In this document: positions 19,374 to 31,111 of the stretch, in pieces
Numbering within the stretch: position 1 is the stretch's first letter
Layout of the letters: every line of letters begins with the position of its first letter
UHGV virus genome: UHGV-0055581
Length of the DNA: 40,858 bases
Source of the DNA: a virus
Reading direction: 5' to 3' (one strand)
Program-made: the position numbers and the translations under genes
The notes under the pieces: generated by a model
Database searches by the model: none
What the model was told of the DNA's origin: nothing
What the model saw: the letters and a program-made list of their open reading frames with translations, nothing else

Positions 19374-19601
19374 CGGCAGTACCGCGAAACAACCCAAGCC
19401 AGAAAGTGGGGGAAATAACACTGGCAGCCACTGAAAGATGAACCCCCTGCCTTATGGCAAAAAAGATTCTTTGTGGTGGCGGACTGATGGAAAGACATCG
19501 GTTATTGCAGAGACCATTCAATGAGTGGTCTCGACAATGGCTTATACCCTGCACGGGATAACTTAACTGATATCCCTTTTAACGGATAAACGGAGCCAAC
19601 A

Positions 19602-19844
19602 ATGGCAGAGATTATTCCCATGACTGAAGAACAGAAATTCCAGTTAGAGATTTACAAACTGGTCATGAACCAGAACGCAGCCGCAGAGGAAGCATTTCAA
19701 TTCATTGGTACTGACGAACTGAAGCTTGAGCTATTCAAAATTCACTTCCAGTCAGGTGGCGCTAATTCGGATATCACGATCCGCACATTGGAAGCGGTGC
19801 GTAAATCGAAGGAAGCGTTAGACCTGTTCACTACCGGAGCATGA
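19602..19844 (+). CDS. Hypothetical protein (80 aa)
   Basis: ORF upstream of the terminase genes. Confidence 0.45.
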   Translation: MAEIIPMTEEQKFQLEIYKLVMNQNAAAEEAFQFIGTDELKLELFKIHFQSGGANSDITIRTLEAVRKSKEALDLFTTGA

Positions 19845-19845
19845 T

Positions 19846-20025
19846 GTGAGCCGCGTAATCAATTTGGGTAAGGAGAAGAAATTCCCAATTACTCAAGAGC
19901 TATACGAGAGGCTGGAAAGCGTCATCCATGATTACGATGGTGAAATCAGTTTATGCGAGGAGATTGGCACACTCGAATTGCTGAAGCAGTCACTGATTGA
20001 AGGCGCGAAAGAGTCCTTAACCTGA
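19846..20025 (+). CDS. Hypothetical protein (59 aa, GTG start)
   Basis: GTG start with GGAG 6 nt upstream; no in-frame ATG. Confidence 0.3.
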   Translation: MSRVINLGKEKKFPITQELYERLESVIHDYDGEISLCEEIGTLELLKQSLIEGAKESLT

Positions 20026-20048
20026 AATAACGATTAAGTGAGATGAAT

Positions 20049-20537
20049 ATGGCAGCACCAAAGGGCAACCGATTTTGGGAGGCCCGCAGTAGTCATGGGC
20101 GAAATCCTAAATTCGAATCGCCTGAGGAGCTGTGGGCTGCTTGTTGTGAATACTTCGAGTGGGTGGAAGCTAACCCGCTATGGGAGATGAAGGCGTTCTC
20201 GTATCAGGGTGAAGTGATACAAGAACCTATCGCCAAGATGCGAGCGATGACCATTACCGGCCTCACTCTGTTCATTGATGTGACGCTTGAAACATGGCGC
20301 ACATATCGCCTGAGAGAAGATTTATCTGAAGTCGTTACGCGAGCAGAGCAGGTCATCTACGATCAGAAATTCTCTGGCGCAGCCGCTGACCTTCTCAACG
20401 CTAACATCATCGCCCGTGATTTGGGCCTCAAAGAGCAGTCGCAAGTTGAAGACGTGACACCTGATAAGGGAGATCGCGATAAGCGACGCTCTCGTATCAA
20501 GGAGCTATTCAACCGTGGAACTGGACGCGATTCTTGA
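20049..20537 (+). CDS. Terminase small subunit (P22 gp3-like)
   Basis: [56 protein letters not shown]... matches P22 gp3 by recollection; an alternative ATG lies 6 nt upstream (20043). Confidence 0.9.
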   Translation: MAAPKGNRFWEARSSHGRNPKFESPEELWAACCEYFEWVEANPLWEMKAFSYQGEVIQEPIAKMRAMTITGLTLFIDVTLETWRTYRLREDLSEVVTRAEQVIYDQKFSGAAADLLNANIIARDLGLKEQSQVEDVTPDKGDRDKRRSRIKELFNRGTGRDS

Positions 20538-22014
20538 TAACCTGAGCGACGAAGAGCAAATCGAGTTGCTCGAGCTACTCGAAGAAGAAGAGAACTACCG
20601 GAACACACACTTGCTATATGAATTTACGCCATACAGCAAACAGCGTGAGTTCATCGACGCCGGACATGACTATCCAGAGCGATGTTTTATGGCTGGTAAC
20701 CAGCTTGGTAAGTCATTTACTGGTGCTGCTGAAGTCGCGTTTCACCTTACCGGGCGTTATCCGGGCACAAAAGGCTATCCTGCTGATGGTAAATATGGCG
20801 GGGAGTGGAAAGGTAAGCGTTTCTATGAGCCTGTTGTCTTCTGGATTGGCGGCGAGACAAACGAGACTGTAACCAAAACGACTCAACGTATCCTGTGCGG
20901 TCGTATCGAAGAGAATGATGAGCCTGGCTACGGTTCCATACCGAAAGAAGACATCATTAGCTGGAAGAAGTCTCCTTTCTTTCCGAACCTTGTTGATCAT
21001 CTTCTGGTTAAGCATCACACGGCTGATGGCGTTGAAGATGGCATTTCAATCTGCTACTTCAAACCATACTCGCAAGGCCGTGCTCGCTGGCAGGGTGACA
21101 CAATCCACGGCGTGTGGTTTGACGAAGAGCCACCATACAGCATTTATGGCGAAGGTCTTACCCGTACCAACAAATACGGGCAATTCTCAATTCTGACGTT
21201 TACCCCGCTGATGGGGATGTCTGACGTTGTTACCAAGTTCCTGAAGAATCCCAGCAAGTCGCAGAAAGTGGTCAACATGACCATCTACGACGCTGAGCAC
21301 TACACAGACGAGCAGAAAGAGCAAATCATCGCATCCTATCCCGAGCATGAGAGAGAGGCGCGTGCTCGCGGTATTCCTACGATGGGTAGTGGTCGAATCT
21401 TCCAGATACCGGAAGAGACGATTAAGTGTCAGCCGTTCGAGTGTCCTGATCACTTCTACGTAATTGGCGGGATGGATTTCGGATGGGATCACCCACAGGC
21501 GCAGGTTCAGCTTTGGTGGGATAAGGACGCAGACACAATCTACGTTTCACGCGTGTGGAAGGCGAAAGAAAAAACAGCCGTTCAGGCATGGGGAGCTGTT
21601 AAATCATGGGCGCATAAAGTGCCAACCGCATGGCCTCATGACGGAAACCAGCACGAGAAGGGCGGCGGTGAGCAGCTCAAAGGGCAGTATGCAGATGCTG
21701 GTTTTATGATGTTGCAGGAGCATGCGACATGGCCTGATGGCGGTAATGCTGTGGAGCCTGGCATCACTGAATTGCGCGACATGATGATCGACGGTCGCTT
21801 CAAAGTATTCAACACCTGTGAGCCATTCTTTGAGGAGTTCCGCCTCTATCACCGTGATGAAAACGGGAAAATCGTCAAGCTTAACGACGACGTTCTCTCA
21901 GCCGTTCGCTATGCATACATGATGCGCCGCTTCGCCAAAATGATGCGCGACATCAAAAAACCAAAAGAGAAAAAGATACCAGCCCCAATCAGGCCCATCG
22001 CACGGAGAACTTAA
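20515..22014 (+). CDS. Terminase large subunit (P22 gp2-like)
   Basis: 499 aa, the same length as P22 gp2; immediately follows TerS with overlap. Confidence 0.9.
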   Translation: MELDAILDNLSDEEQIELLELLEEEENYRNTHLLYEFTPYSKQREFIDAGHDYPERCFMAGNQLGKSFTGAAEVAFHLTGRYPGTKGYPADGKYGGEWKGKRFYEPVVFWIGGETNETVTKTTQRILCGRIEENDEPGYGSIPKEDIISWKKSPFFPNLVDHLLVKHHTADGVEDGISICYFKPYSQGRARWQGDTIHGVWFDEEPPYSIYGEGLTRTNKYGQFSILTFTPLMGMSDVVTKFLKNPSKSQKVVNMTIYDAEHYTDEQKEQIIASYPEHEREARARGIPTMGSGRIFQIPEETIKCQPFECPDHFYVIGGMDFGWDHPQAQVQLWWDKDADTIYVSRVWKAKEKTAVQAWGAVKSWAHKVPTAWPHDGNQHEKGGGEQLKGQYADAGFMMLQEHATWPDGGNAVEPGITELRDMMIDGRFKVFNTCEPFFEEFRLYHRDENGKIVKLNDDVLSAVRYAYMMRRFAKMMRDIKKPKEKKIPAPIRPIARRT

Positions 22015-24180
22015 ATGGCCGACGAAAACAGACTCAATTCCATTCTGTGTAAGTTTGACGCAGACTGGATGGCGAGCGATGAAGCCAGAACCGAGGCGAC
22101 AAATGACCTGTATTTTAGCCGAGTGTCGCAATGGGATGACTGGCTATCAAACTACACGACCCTGCAATATCGCGGACAATTCGATGTTGTTCGCCCGGTG
22201 GTCAGGAAACTGGTCGCAGAGATGCGCCGGAACCCTATCGACGTTCTCTTCCGACCCAAAGACGGCGCTAATCCTGATGCAGCCGATGTGTTGATGGGGA
22301 TGTATCGTACTGATATGCGCCATAACACGGCAAAGATTGCCGTTAACGTTGGCGTTCGTGAGCAGATAGAGTCTGGCGTTGGTGCATGGCGTCTGGTCAC
22401 GCAGTACGAAGACAACGATCCAACAAGCAACAATCAGGTAATTCGACGCCTGCCAATCCATGAGGCCTGCTCACACGTCATATGGGACGCCAACAGCAAG
22501 CAGATGGATAAGAGCGACGCTAAGCACTGCACGGTGATTAACGCTTTGTCACGCAATGGCTGGAAAGAGTTCGCAGAGGATTACGGTATTGATCCTGACA
22601 CCCTGCCATCTTTCCAGAATCCGAACGACACATGGCTGTTTCCGTGGGTATCGAATGATGTCGTCTACGTCGCCGAGTATTACGAGGTAGAAGAGAAGAA
22701 GGAGAAAGTCTTCATCTACCGCGACCCGCTGACAGGTGAGCCGGTCAGCTATTACCAGCAGGATATTAAAGACGTTATCGACGACCTGGCTAATCGTGGA
22801 TTCATTAAGGTAGCAGAGCGCAAGGTGAAGCGTCGGCGTGTGTATAAGTCGATCATCACCTGCACGCAGATACTGAAAGACCGCGAGAAGATAGCCGGAG
22901 AGCATATTCCAATCGTTCCAGTGTATGGCGAATGGTCATTCGCTGGTGACAAGGAGTGCTACGAAGGAGTGGTAAGGCTGACGAAAGACGGTCAGCGGCT
23001 TCGTAACATGATCATGTCATTCAACGCCGATATTGTTGCTCGTTCACCGAAGAAGAAACCGACCTTCTTCCCTGAGCAAATCGAAGGCTACGAATACATG
23101 TACGGTGGAAATGATGACTATCCGTACTATCTGCAGAACAGGACCGATGAAAACGGTAACGACCTGCCGATTGGTCCAATCTCCTACATGGAAAACCCTG
23201 AAGTGCCGCAAGCCAACGCTTACATGCTTGAGGCTGCCACCAACGCAGTGAAAGAGGTGGCTAGTCTTGGTGTGGATGCGCAGGCAGCAAACTCTCAGGT
23301 CGCTTTCGATACCGTCAATCAACTGAACATGCGGGCAGACCTTGAGACATACGTGTTTCAGGATAACCTGGCTACCGCAATGCGACGTGATGGCGAGATT
23401 TATGCCTCAATGGTCAACGATATTTATGACGTTCCTCGTCATGTAACGCTGACACTTGAAGATGGAAGCGAGAAAGACGTTCAACTCTATGCGCAAGTTG
23501 TCGATTACCAGTCCGGCAATGTGGTCACACTCAACGACATTCGCGGTCGCTATGAGTGCTATACAGACGTTGGGCCATCCTTCCAGAGCATGAAGGAACA
23601 GAATCGCGCAGAGATTCAGGAGTTACTCACCAAGGTTCCGCAAGGTACTCCAGAGTTCCAGATGCTGATGCTGCAATACTTCACGCTGCTTGACGGTAAA
23701 GGCGTCGAGATGATGCGAGAGTACGCGAACAAGCAACTGGTGATGATGGGGCTGAAGAAACCAGAAACACCTGAAGAGATGGATATGGTACAGCAGGCTC
23801 AACAGCAGCCGCAGCAGCCATCAGCAGAGCAAATTCAGGCGCAGGGTATCCTTCTGCAAGGTCAGGCTGAATTGCTCAAGGCAGAGAACCAACAGGCGCA
23901 GATTCAGGTTGAAGCCGCCAAGGTTGAAGCCCAAAACCAACTCAACGCCGCGAAGATTGCAGAAATCTTCAACAATATGGACCTCGACAAACAGGCAGAA
24001 CTGCGTGAGTACCTCAAGCTCGTAGGCCAATTCCAGCAACAGCGCAGCAAAGACGCTCGCGCTAACGCTGAGCTGCTTCTTAAAGATGCAGACCAGACTC
24101 ATTCACAACGCATGGATTTCGCGAATCTTATGCGTCAAGTTCAAATCCCCTCCGGCGGAGTAGCCGAGACACCTCAATAA
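22015..24180 (+). CDS. Portal protein (P22 gp1-like)
   Basis: 721 aa; [11 protein letters not shown]...[11 protein letters not shown]...[14 protein letters not shown] closely matches the P22 portal N-terminus by recollection. Confidence 0.95.
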   Translation: MADENRLNSILCKFDADWMASDEARTEATNDLYFSRVSQWDDWLSNYTTLQYRGQFDVVRPVVRKLVAEMRRNPIDVLFRPKDGANPDAADVLMGMYRTDMRHNTAKIAVNVGVREQIESGVGAWRLVTQYEDNDPTSNNQVIRRLPIHEACSHVIWDANSKQMDKSDAKHCTVINALSRNGWKEFAEDYGIDPDTLPSFQNPNDTWLFPWVSNDVVYVAEYYEVEEKKEKVFIYRDPLTGEPVSYYQQDIKDVIDDLANRGFIKVAERKVKRRRVYKSIITCTQILKDREKIAGEHIPIVPVYGEWSFAGDKECYEGVVRLTKDGQRLRNMIMSFNADIVARSPKKKPTFFPEQIEGYEYMYGGNDDYPYYLQNRTDENGNDLPIGPISYMENPEVPQANAYMLEAATNAVKEVASLGVDAQAANSQVAFDTVNQLNMRADLETYVFQDNLATAMRRDGEIYASMVNDIYDVPRHVTLTLEDGSEKDVQLYAQVVDYQSGNVVTLNDIRGRYECYTDVGPSFQSMKEQNRAEIQELLTKVPQGTPEFQMLMLQYFTLLDGKGVEMMREYANKQLVMMGLKKPETPEEMDMVQQAQQQPQQPSAEQIQAQGILLQGQAELLKAENQQAQIQVEAAKVEAQNQLNAAKIAEIFNNMDLDKQAELREYLKLVGQFQQQRSKDARANAELLLKDADQTHSQRMDFANLMRQVQIPSGGVAETPQ

Positions 24181-24193
24181 GAGAGAGTTAACC

Positions 24194-25105
24194 ATGGACC
24201 AAACCACCGACATTCAGGCTTCTGAAGAATTAACCCTGCCCGGCAATCATGCAGCGGCATCTGCTGATGGCTTAGTTGTCGATAATGCCAACGACAACGC
24301 AGGTCAGGAAGAAGGCTTTGAGATTGTCCTGAAAGACGATGAGAAACCAAAACAAGACCCGGCAACTAATGCTGAATTTGCCCGTCGCCGCATCGAACGC
24401 AAACGCCAGCGTGAGCTTGAGCAGCAGATGGAAGCGGTTAAGCGTGGAGAGTTGCCGGAGCACCTGCGGGTGAACCCTGAGTTACCAAAACAACCAGACC
24501 CTAACGATTATCTTTCCGAAGATGCACTGGCTAAGTACGACTATGACCAGAGCCGCGCACTGGCTGCCTTCCAGCAGGCAAACAGTGAATGGCAGATCAA
24601 GGCTATGGACGCACGAAGCCAGGCTGTCGCCGAGCAGGGTCGCAAAACTCAGGAGTTCACCCAGCAATCAGCGCAATACGTCGAGGCAGCCCGTAAGCAC
24701 TACGACGCAGCGGAAAAGCTCAATATCCCTGACTATCAGGAGAAAGAGGATGCATTCATGCAACTGGTGCCGCCAGCAGTCGGTGCCGACATCATGCGCC
24801 TCTTCCCGGAGAAATCCGCTGCTCTCATGTATCACCTTGGTGCTAATCCTGAAAAAACACGCCAGTTGCTGGCGATGGAAGGACAATCAGCGCTGATTGA
24901 ACTCACTCGACTGTCAGAACGTTTAACTCTCAAGCCTCGAGCAAAACCTGTTTCAGAAGCCCCGTTACCTGATGAACCCATTCAGGGACATGCTGTTGCT
25001 GCAAATATCTCTGCGATTGAAAAGCAGATGGAAGCGGCAGCAAACAAAGGGGATGTAGAGACATACCGCAAGCTCAAGGCGCAACTGAATAAAGGAATTC
25101 GATAA
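24194..25105 (+). CDS. Scaffolding protein (P22 gp8-like)
   Basis: 303 aa; ...[29 protein letters not shown]... matches P22 gp8 by recollection. Confidence 0.9.
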   Translation: MDQTTDIQASEELTLPGNHAAASADGLVVDNANDNAGQEEGFEIVLKDDEKPKQDPATNAEFARRRIERKRQRELEQQMEAVKRGELPEHLRVNPELPKQPDPNDYLSEDALAKYDYDQSRALAAFQQANSEWQIKAMDARSQAVAEQGRKTQEFTQQSAQYVEAARKHYDAAEKLNIPDYQEKEDAFMQLVPPAVGADIMRLFPEKSAALMYHLGANPEKTRQLLAMEGQSALIELTRLSERLTLKPRAKPVSEAPLPDEPIQGHAVAANISAIEKQMEAAANKGDVETYRKLKAQLNKGIR

Positions 25106-26400
25106 TGGCATTAAATGAAGGTCAACTGGTCACGTATGCTCTGGATGAAATCATCGAAACCGTCCAGAACCTGACGCCAATGGCGTCCAAAGTGACAAAA
25201 TACACCCCTCCGGCAGAATCCATGCAACGTTCAAGCAACACCGTGTGGATGCCTGTTGAGCAGGAAGCGCCAACTCAGACTGGCTGGGATTTAACTGGCA
25301 ACGCTACCGGTATTCTGGAACTGTCCGTGAAATGCAACATGGGCGATCCGGATAACGATTTCTTCGAGCTTCGTGCAGATGACCTGCGTGATGAGCGTTC
25401 TTACCGTCGCCGCATCCAGGCATCCGCCAAAAAACTGGCGAATAACATTGAGTCAGCAATTGCCAAGCAGGCAACTGAAATGGGCTCACTTGTTGTTCAC
25501 GATACCCGCGCAATTGGTCCATCTACTGGCCTGTCTGGCTGGGATTTTGTGTCTGATGCAGAGCGCCTGATGTTCTCCCGCGAGCTAAACCGCGACATGG
25601 GAATCAGTTACTTCCTGAACCCTGACGATTACCGCAAAGCAGGCCGCAACCTGGTAGATGGTGACATCTTCGGGCGCGTTCCTGAAGAAGCGTATCGCAA
25701 CGGTACTATTCAGCGTCAGATTGCTGGCTTTGATGAAATTCTTCGCTCACCGAAACTTCCGGCAGTTACCAAGTCAACCGCGACTGGTGTAACTGTTTCT
25801 GGTGCGCAGAAGTTTAAGCCGCAGGCATACACCCTTGATACCGATGGTAACAAAGAGAACGTCGACAACCGTGTTGCAACGGTGACCGTATCCTCCACCA
25901 CCGGGTTTAAGCGCGGCGACAAAATCAGCTTCACTGGTGTGAAATTCCTGTCTCAGATGGCGAAGAACGTGCTGACTGATGATGCTACTTTCTCAATCAC
26001 CCGTGTGATCGATGGTACTCACATCGAAATCACGCCGAAACCGATTGCACTGGATGACGCGTCACTGACAAAAGAAGAGAAGGCTTACGCTAACGTAAAC
26101 ACCTCTCTTGCTGATACCACTCCGGTAAACGTTCTGAACGTGGCAACAACCACCGCTAACGTGTTCTGGGCTGATGACTCAATCCGCCTGCTGTCTCAGC
26201 CGATCCCGGTAACCCATGAACTGTTTGCTGGCATGAAAACGTCTTCCTTCAGCATTCCTGGCATTGGTGTTAACGGCATCTTCGCAACGCAGGGTGATAT
26301 CAACACTCTGTCTGGTAAGTGCCGTATTGCTGTGTGGTATTCAGCATGTGCTGTACGACCAGAGGCAATTGGTGTTGGTCTGCCTAACCAGACCGCGTGA
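25105..26400 (+). CDS. Major coat protein (P22 gp5-like)
   Basis: 431 aa; [19 protein letters not shown]... and ...[12 protein letters not shown]...[12 protein letters not shown]... match P22 coat by recollection. Confidence 0.95.
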   Translation: MALNEGQLVTYALDEIIETVQNLTPMASKVTKYTPPAESMQRSSNTVWMPVEQEAPTQTGWDLTGNATGILELSVKCNMGDPDNDFFELRADDLRDERSYRRRIQASAKKLANNIESAIAKQATEMGSLVVHDTRAIGPSTGLSGWDFVSDAERLMFSRELNRDMGISYFLNPDDYRKAGRNLVDGDIFGRVPEEAYRNGTIQRQIAGFDEILRSPKLPAVTKSTATGVTVSGAQKFKPQAYTLDTDGNKENVDNRVATVTVSSTTGFKRGDKISFTGVKFLSQMAKNVLTDDATFSITRVIDGTHIEITPKPIALDDASLTKEEKAYANVNTSLADTTPVNVLNVATTTANVFWADDSIRLLSQPIPVTHELFAGMKTSSFSIPGIGVNGIFATQGDINTLSGKCRIAVWYSACAVRPEAIGVGLPNQTA

Positions 26401-26407
26401 TAACCAG

Positions 26408-26430
26408 AGGGAGCTTCGGCTCCCTTTTTT
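26408..26430 (+). terminator. Rho-independent terminator after the coat gene
   Basis: AGGGAGC-TTCG-GCTCCCT hairpin followed by T6. Confidence 0.7.
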
Positions 26431-26444
26431 ATCTGGAGACAAGC

Positions 26445-26687
26445 ATGACACACATGATCTTTCGTCATGGCGACATGAAGAAATGGAAAGGCGTTGGCTA
26501 CGACTTTGAAATCGTGAAAGCCGAAGAGCTTCAGGAATATCTGGATGCTGGCTGGTTTTCACATCCTGATGACCTTTTGAAGGATGTTGCAGAGCCAGAG
26601 CCAGAGCCAGAGCCAGAAGAAAAACAGCGTAAAAAGCCTGGTCGAAAACCTAAGGCGGCAGCAGATGAACCTGACAACGAAGGGTGA
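26445..26687 (+). CDS. Small hypothetical protein with (EP)n repeat
   Basis: 80 aa; contains [10 protein letters not shown] encoded by a (GAGCCA)4 tandem repeat; overlaps the gp4 start in another frame. Confidence 0.45.
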   Translation: MTHMIFRHGDMKKWKGVGYDFEIVKAEELQEYLDAGWFSHPDDLLKDVAEPEPEPEPEEKQRKKPGRKPKAAADEPDNEG

Positions 26688-27165
26688 TTTAGTTCTTGCG
26701 GCATTACGTAAGCTCGGTGTGGCATCAAATGCCACGTTAACCGATGTAGAACCGCAGTCTATGGAAGACGGCGTCAACGACCTTGAAATGATGATGGCTG
26801 AATGGCTTGGCGGTGATGTGTCACCAGGTATCAACGTTGGCTACATTTTCGCTGATGCAGATGTCGCTCCAGATCCGGGAGATGAGCACGGTTTATCAAA
26901 TAACGCTATCAATGCCGTCATTTTCAACCTTGCCTGCCGCATTGCACCGGATTATGCGCTGGAAGCGTCAGCAAAACTTATAACCACTGCCAGATACGGG
27001 AAAGAGCGACTCGTCAAACTGTCTGCAATGGACAGAGCAAAAGCCGCTAAATGTAAGTCCGGTTATCCAAACCGTATGCCTGTTGGTAGCGGTAACCAGT
27101 TGGCGAAGTGGAACGGTTGGAATTACTTCCACCGAAAGGAACCTTGCGATAACGGGAGCGAATAA
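26665..27165 (+). CDS. Head-completion/tail-accessory protein (P22 gp4-like)
   Basis: [28 protein letters not shown]...[15 protein letters not shown] similar to P22 gp4 by recollection; start taken at MNLTTKGD rather than the upstream ORF extension. Confidence 0.8.
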   Translation: MNLTTKGDLVLAALRKLGVASNATLTDVEPQSMEDGVNDLEMMMAEWLGGDVSPGINVGYIFADADVAPDPGDEHGLSNNAINAVIFNLACRIAPDYALEASAKLITTARYGKERLVKLSAMDRAKAAKCKSGYPNRMPVGSGNQLAKWNGWNYFHRKEPCDNGSE

Positions 27166-28584
27166 ATGCCTATTCAGCAACTTCCGCTTATGAAAGGTGT
27201 CGGCAAAGACTTCCGAAATGCCGACTATATCGACTATCTGCCAGTGAATATGTTGGCTACACCCAAAGAAATCCTCAACAGCAGCGGATATCTTCGCTCA
27301 TTCCCGGGCATTGCCAAACGTTCTGATGTGAACGGCGTATCGCGAGGCGTCGAGTACAACATGGCGCAGAATGCTGTTTATCGCGTGTGTGGCGGCAAGC
27401 TCTACAAAGGCGAAAGCGAAGTCGGTGATGTTGCCGGAAGTGGTCGCGTATCAATGGCGCATGGGCGGACATCACAGGCGGTAGGCGTTAATGGTCAACT
27501 GGTCGAATACCGCTATGATGGCACGGTTAAAACCGTCTCAAACTGGCCTACAGACAGCGGATTCACGCAGTATGAGTTGGGTTCTGTTCGTGACATTACG
27601 CGCTTACGCGGGCGTTATGCGTGGTCAAAAGACGGAACTGATTCATGGTTTATCACTGACCTTGAAGACGAATCGCATCCTGACCGCTACAGCGCACAAT
27701 ATCGCGCAGAGTCTCAGCCTGACGGCATCATCGGCATCGGAACATGGCGAGATTTCATCGTCTGCTTTGGTTCATCGACGATTGAATATTTCTCCCTGAC
27801 GGGTGCAACCACCGTTGGTGCTGCTTTGTATGTCGCACAGACATCTCTTATGGTGCAGAAAGGCATTGCCGGGACTTACTGCAAAACGCCATTCTCTGAT
27901 TCTTATGCGTTCATCAGCAATCCGGCAACAGGTGCTCCGTCTGTGTATATCATCGGCTCCGGTCAGGTATCACCAATCGCCAGCGCGAGCATTGAGAAAA
28001 TTCTCCGCTCCTACACTGCTGATGAACTGGCTGATGGTGTGATGGAGTCTCTGCGATTTGATGCGCATGAGCTGCTGATTATCCATCTTCCGCGCCATGT
28101 TCTCGTGTACGACGCATCTTCAAGCGCCAATGGTCCGCAATGGTGTGTACTGAAAACAGGCCTGTATGACGATGTGTACCGCGCTATCGACTTCATTTAC
28201 GAAGGCAATCAGATAACGTGCGGCGATAAGCTGGAATCCGTGACCGGGAAATTGCAGTTCGATATCAGCAGTCAGTACGACAAGCAACAGGAACATATTT
28301 TATATTCTCCTTTAATAAAGGCAGATAACGTTTTAATAAATGACCTTGAATTAGAAACATCTGGCGGCGTGTGTGATAGAATAGATAGAATATTTATATC
28401 AGCAACTACAGATGGAATTAATTACGGTCGTGAGCAAATGGTCGTATTACAAAAACCATTTGTATATGACAATCGCGTTTTATGGCGAAAAGTTGGTCGA
28501 GTTAGACGCCTCATTGGATTTAAATTCAGAGTTATTGCAAAAGGTCCTGTTACATTATCAGGCCTTTCTATTCGTGTAACATAA
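27166..28584 (+). CDS. Tail-accessory protein (P22 gp10-like)
   Basis: 472 aa, the same length as P22 gp10; conserved gene order; last ~100 codons are AT-rich. Confidence 0.8.
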   Translation: MPIQQLPLMKGVGKDFRNADYIDYLPVNMLATPKEILNSSGYLRSFPGIAKRSDVNGVSRGVEYNMAQNAVYRVCGGKLYKGESEVGDVAGSGRVSMAHGRTSQAVGVNGQLVEYRYDGTVKTVSNWPTDSGFTQYELGSVRDITRLRGRYAWSKDGTDSWFITDLEDESHPDRYSAQYRAESQPDGIIGIGTWRDFIVCFGSSTIEYFSLTGATTVGAALYVAQTSLMVQKGIAGTYCKTPFSDSYAFISNPATGAPSVYIIGSGQVSPIASASIEKILRSYTADELADGVMESLRFDAHELLIIHLPRHVLVYDASSSANGPQWCVLKTGLYDDVYRAIDFIYEGNQITCGDKLESVTGKLQFDISSQYDKQQEHILYSPLIKADNVLINDLELETSGGVCDRIDRIFISATTDGINYGREQMVVLQKPFVYDNRVLWRKVGRVRRLIGFKFRVIAKGPVTLSGLSIRVT

Positions 28585-28605
28585 ATCGAAACTAAAGGAG
28601 TAGAT

Positions 28606-29151
28606 ATGTTGAGTGAAAACGCAAAAGATATTCCTGGATATGAAGGTTTATATGCCGTAACAGAGGATGGGCGAGTATATTCTCACTCACGTGTTGTTAA
28701 GGCTGCGCATGGCAGCACGCAACTCAGAAAGGGTCGGTGGCTAAAACAACACGAGAATAATAAAGGTTATCTATATTTGCCACTTAGTGTTGATGGAGTT
28801 AAAGTAAAATGGCTTGTGCATAGGCTTGTCGCTCTTGCTTTCGTCCCCAATCCAGAAGGCAAGCCGTTCATAAATCACATAGATAACAACCGAAAAAATA
28901 ATAATGCTTCTAATTTAGAGTGGTGTACTCAAAAGGAGAATATGAAGCATTGCTCATCTCAAGGCAGGGTGAAGTTTCCGGCTTTAAAAGGAGAAAATAA
29001 TCCAATTTCAAAGCTCTCATATGAGCAAGTAATAGAAATAAAGAAATCAAAGGGAGTTAATCAAAGAGAGCTTGCTAAAAAATACTGTGTCAGTCAGACG
29101 GTGATTCACAATATCCAGTCTGGTAAATCGTGGAGGCATGTTAATGGCTGA
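28606..29151 (+). CDS. HNH homing endonuclease (NUMOD4-like N-terminus, HNH_3 core, HTH C-terminus)
   Basis: [16 protein letters not shown] (NUMOD4-like), [14 protein letters not shown]...[18 protein letters not shown] (HNH_3-like); AT-rich; inserted between two conserved tail genes; strong AAAGGAG RBS. Confidence 0.8.
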   Translation: MLSENAKDIPGYEGLYAVTEDGRVYSHSRVVKAAHGSTQLRKGRWLKQHENNKGYLYLPLSVDGVKVKWLVHRLVALAFVPNPEGKPFINHIDNNRKNNNASNLEWCTQKENMKHCSSQGRVKFPALKGENNPISKLSYEQVIEIKKSKGVNQRELAKKYCVSQTVIHNIQSGKSWRHVNG

Positions 29152-29992
29152 TTCGAATCTCAATGTGCCGGTAATCATCCAAGCTACGCGACTCGACACA
29201 TCAGTGCTTCCACGCAATATCTTCTCGCAGTCGTATCTGCTTTACGTTATCGCACAGGGTACTGATGTTGGTAATGTGGCGAACAAGGCCAACGAGGCCG
29301 GACAGGGCGCTTATGACGCACAAGTCAGGAACGATGAGCAGGATGTGATTCTCTCTGACCATGAGCAGCGAATTTCTGCTGCGGAAGCAACGCTTGTTAA
29401 TCATGAGGAGCGAATCAGCCAGGCAGAATCAACTCTTCAGGAACATGAAACGCGAATCGCTCAGAATGAAAGCGATATTGCGTCGCTTGATACCAGAGTT
29501 CAGTCGCTGGAATCGCAGGTTTCAGACCATGAAACGCGCATCGATGCTCTGGAGTATGCCACTACTCGCAAGAAGTCAGAGGTTGTTTACTCTGGCGTAT
29601 CTGTAACCATCCCGACAGCGCCGACCAACCTTGTTAGCCTGCTGAAAACGCTCACGCCGTCATCCGGCACGTTGGCACCATTCTTCGACACCGTTAACAA
29701 CAAGATGGTTGTGTTCAACGAGAACAAAACCTTGTTCTTCAAGCTGTCGATCGTCGGGACGTGGCCCAGCGGAACCGCCAACAGGTCAATGCAGCTAACC
29801 TTTTCCGGCTCTGTTCCTGACACACTGGTAAGCAGTCGCAACTCGGCGACAACAACCGATAACATCTTGTTAGCTACGTTCTTCAGCGTGGATAAAGACG
29901 GCTTTCTTGCCACAAATGGCAGCACGTTAACCATTCAGTCAAATGGTGCGGCGTTTACTGCCACAACCATCAAAATCATTGCGGAGCAGTGA
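29144..29992 (+). CDS. Tail needle protein (P22 gp26-like) with extended C-terminal domain
   Basis: N-terminus [43 protein letters not shown] matches P22 gp26; heptad coiled coil; C-terminal ~140 aa differ from the P22 gp26 I recall. Confidence 0.8.
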   Translation: MADSNLNVPVIIQATRLDTSVLPRNIFSQSYLLYVIAQGTDVGNVANKANEAGQGAYDAQVRNDEQDVILSDHEQRISAAEATLVNHEERISQAESTLQEHETRIAQNESDIASLDTRVQSLESQVSDHETRIDALEYATTRKKSEVVYSGVSVTIPTAPTNLVSLLKTLTPSSGTLAPFFDTVNNKMVVFNENKTLFFKLSIVGTWPSGTANRSMQLTFSGSVPDTLVSSRNSATTTDNILLATFFSVDKDGFLATNGSTLTIQSNGAAFTATTIKIIAEQ

Positions 29993-30471
29993 TGGAAATA
30001 AAGCTCATCGATAATCCGGTGAAGCTTGCAGAATTCCTCAACAACCCGGCAAACACGGGAAATATCGTAGACAGTGGAGATAAATACTACATCAAGCCTG
30101 ATGCGGTATACCTCGGCATCTACGAAGGATTAGTGCTGGCTGGCGTTCATGAAGTGCGTAACTTCTGGCATAGCGTTGTTGAATGCCATGCGGTGTACGA
30201 CCCCGGATTCCGTGGTGAATATGCACTGCAAGGGCATCGATTATTCTGCAAATGGCTTCTCGAAAACTCACCATTCCTTAACAGCATCACCATGGTTCCT
30301 GACACAACGAAATACGGACGGGCAATTATCCGTTTGCTTGGCGCTACCCGTGTTGGTCACCTCGATGATGCTTATACCAGCAATGGAAAGCCTGTAGGCA
30401 TCACGATTTATCAGTTACCGCGCTCAAAATACGAGGAGCTAAAGAATGTTAATTTTCCAGATTGCCAATAA
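29992..30471 (+). CDS. P22 gp14-like protein
   Basis: 159 aa in the conserved position between gp26 and gp7; ATG overlapping the gp26 stop. Confidence 0.6.
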   Translation: MEIKLIDNPVKLAEFLNNPANTGNIVDSGDKYYIKPDAVYLGIYEGLVLAGVHEVRNFWHSVVECHAVYDPGFRGEYALQGHRLFCKWLLENSPFLNSITMVPDTTKYGRAIIRLLGATRVGHLDDAYTSNGKPVGITIYQLPRSKYEELKNVNFPDCQ

Positions 30472-31099
30472 GCACCTCAGCAAAACTGTTTACTGCAAAG
30501 GTGGCAGTGATGGCGGTTCAAAAGCCCAGGCACGCGCAACTGAAAAGGGCATCGAATTGCAGCGTGAAATGTGGCAAACGAACATGCAGAACCTTGCACC
30601 GTTCACGCCACTCGCTCAGCAGTACGTATCACAGTTGCAAAATCTTTCCTCTCTTCAGGGGCAAGGTCAGGCGCTTAACCAGTATTACAACTCTCAGCAG
30701 TATAAAGACCTTGCAGGGCAGGCGCGCTATCAGAGTCTGGCAGCAGCAGAGGCAACGGGTGGATTAGGCTCTACAGCAACAGGAAACCAGTTAGCAGCAA
30801 TCGCACCTACACTCGGTCAAAACTGGCTGTCAGGTCAGATGAACAACTACAACAATCTGGCAAATATCGGCCTTGGTGCTCTTACAGGTCAGGCAAACGC
30901 TGGGCAGAACTACGCTAACAACGTCAGCCAATTGTATCAACAGCAGGCGGCAGCATCTGCGGCTAATGCGAATAAACCATCAGGATTTCAGAGCGCCTTG
31001 GGTGGAGCGGCAGCAGGTGCAGCTGCAGGTACTGCAATCATGCCTGGTTGGGGTACAGCAATTGGTGCTGGCGTCGGTCTTCTTGGTTCACTTTTTTAA
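30446..31099 (+). CDS. Ejection protein (P22 gp7-like)
   Basis: 217 aa, Gln/Ala/Gly-rich with hydrophobic C-terminus; conserved position. Confidence 0.7.
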   Translation: MLIFQIANKHLSKTVYCKGGSDGGSKAQARATEKGIELQREMWQTNMQNLAPFTPLAQQYVSQLQNLSSLQGQGQALNQYYNSQQYKDLAGQARYQSLAAAEATGGLGSTATGNQLAAIAPTLGQNWLSGQMNNYNNLANIGLGALTGQANAGQNYANNVSQLYQQQAAASAANANKPSGFQSALGGAAAGAAAGTAIMPGWGTAIGAGVGLLGSLF

Positions 31100-31111
31100 T
31101 GGAGGTGTCTC

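Noticed and set aside
24522-24896. 124-aa plus-strand alternative-frame ORF inside the scaffold gene
   Set aside because: Out-of-frame overlap with a well-supported gene; no RBS.
30462-30767. 101-aa plus-strand alternative-frame ORF inside the gp7-like gene
   Set aside because: Out-of-frame overlap with the supported gene; Arg/Ser-rich translation typical of frame-shifted Gln/Ala-rich coding sequence.
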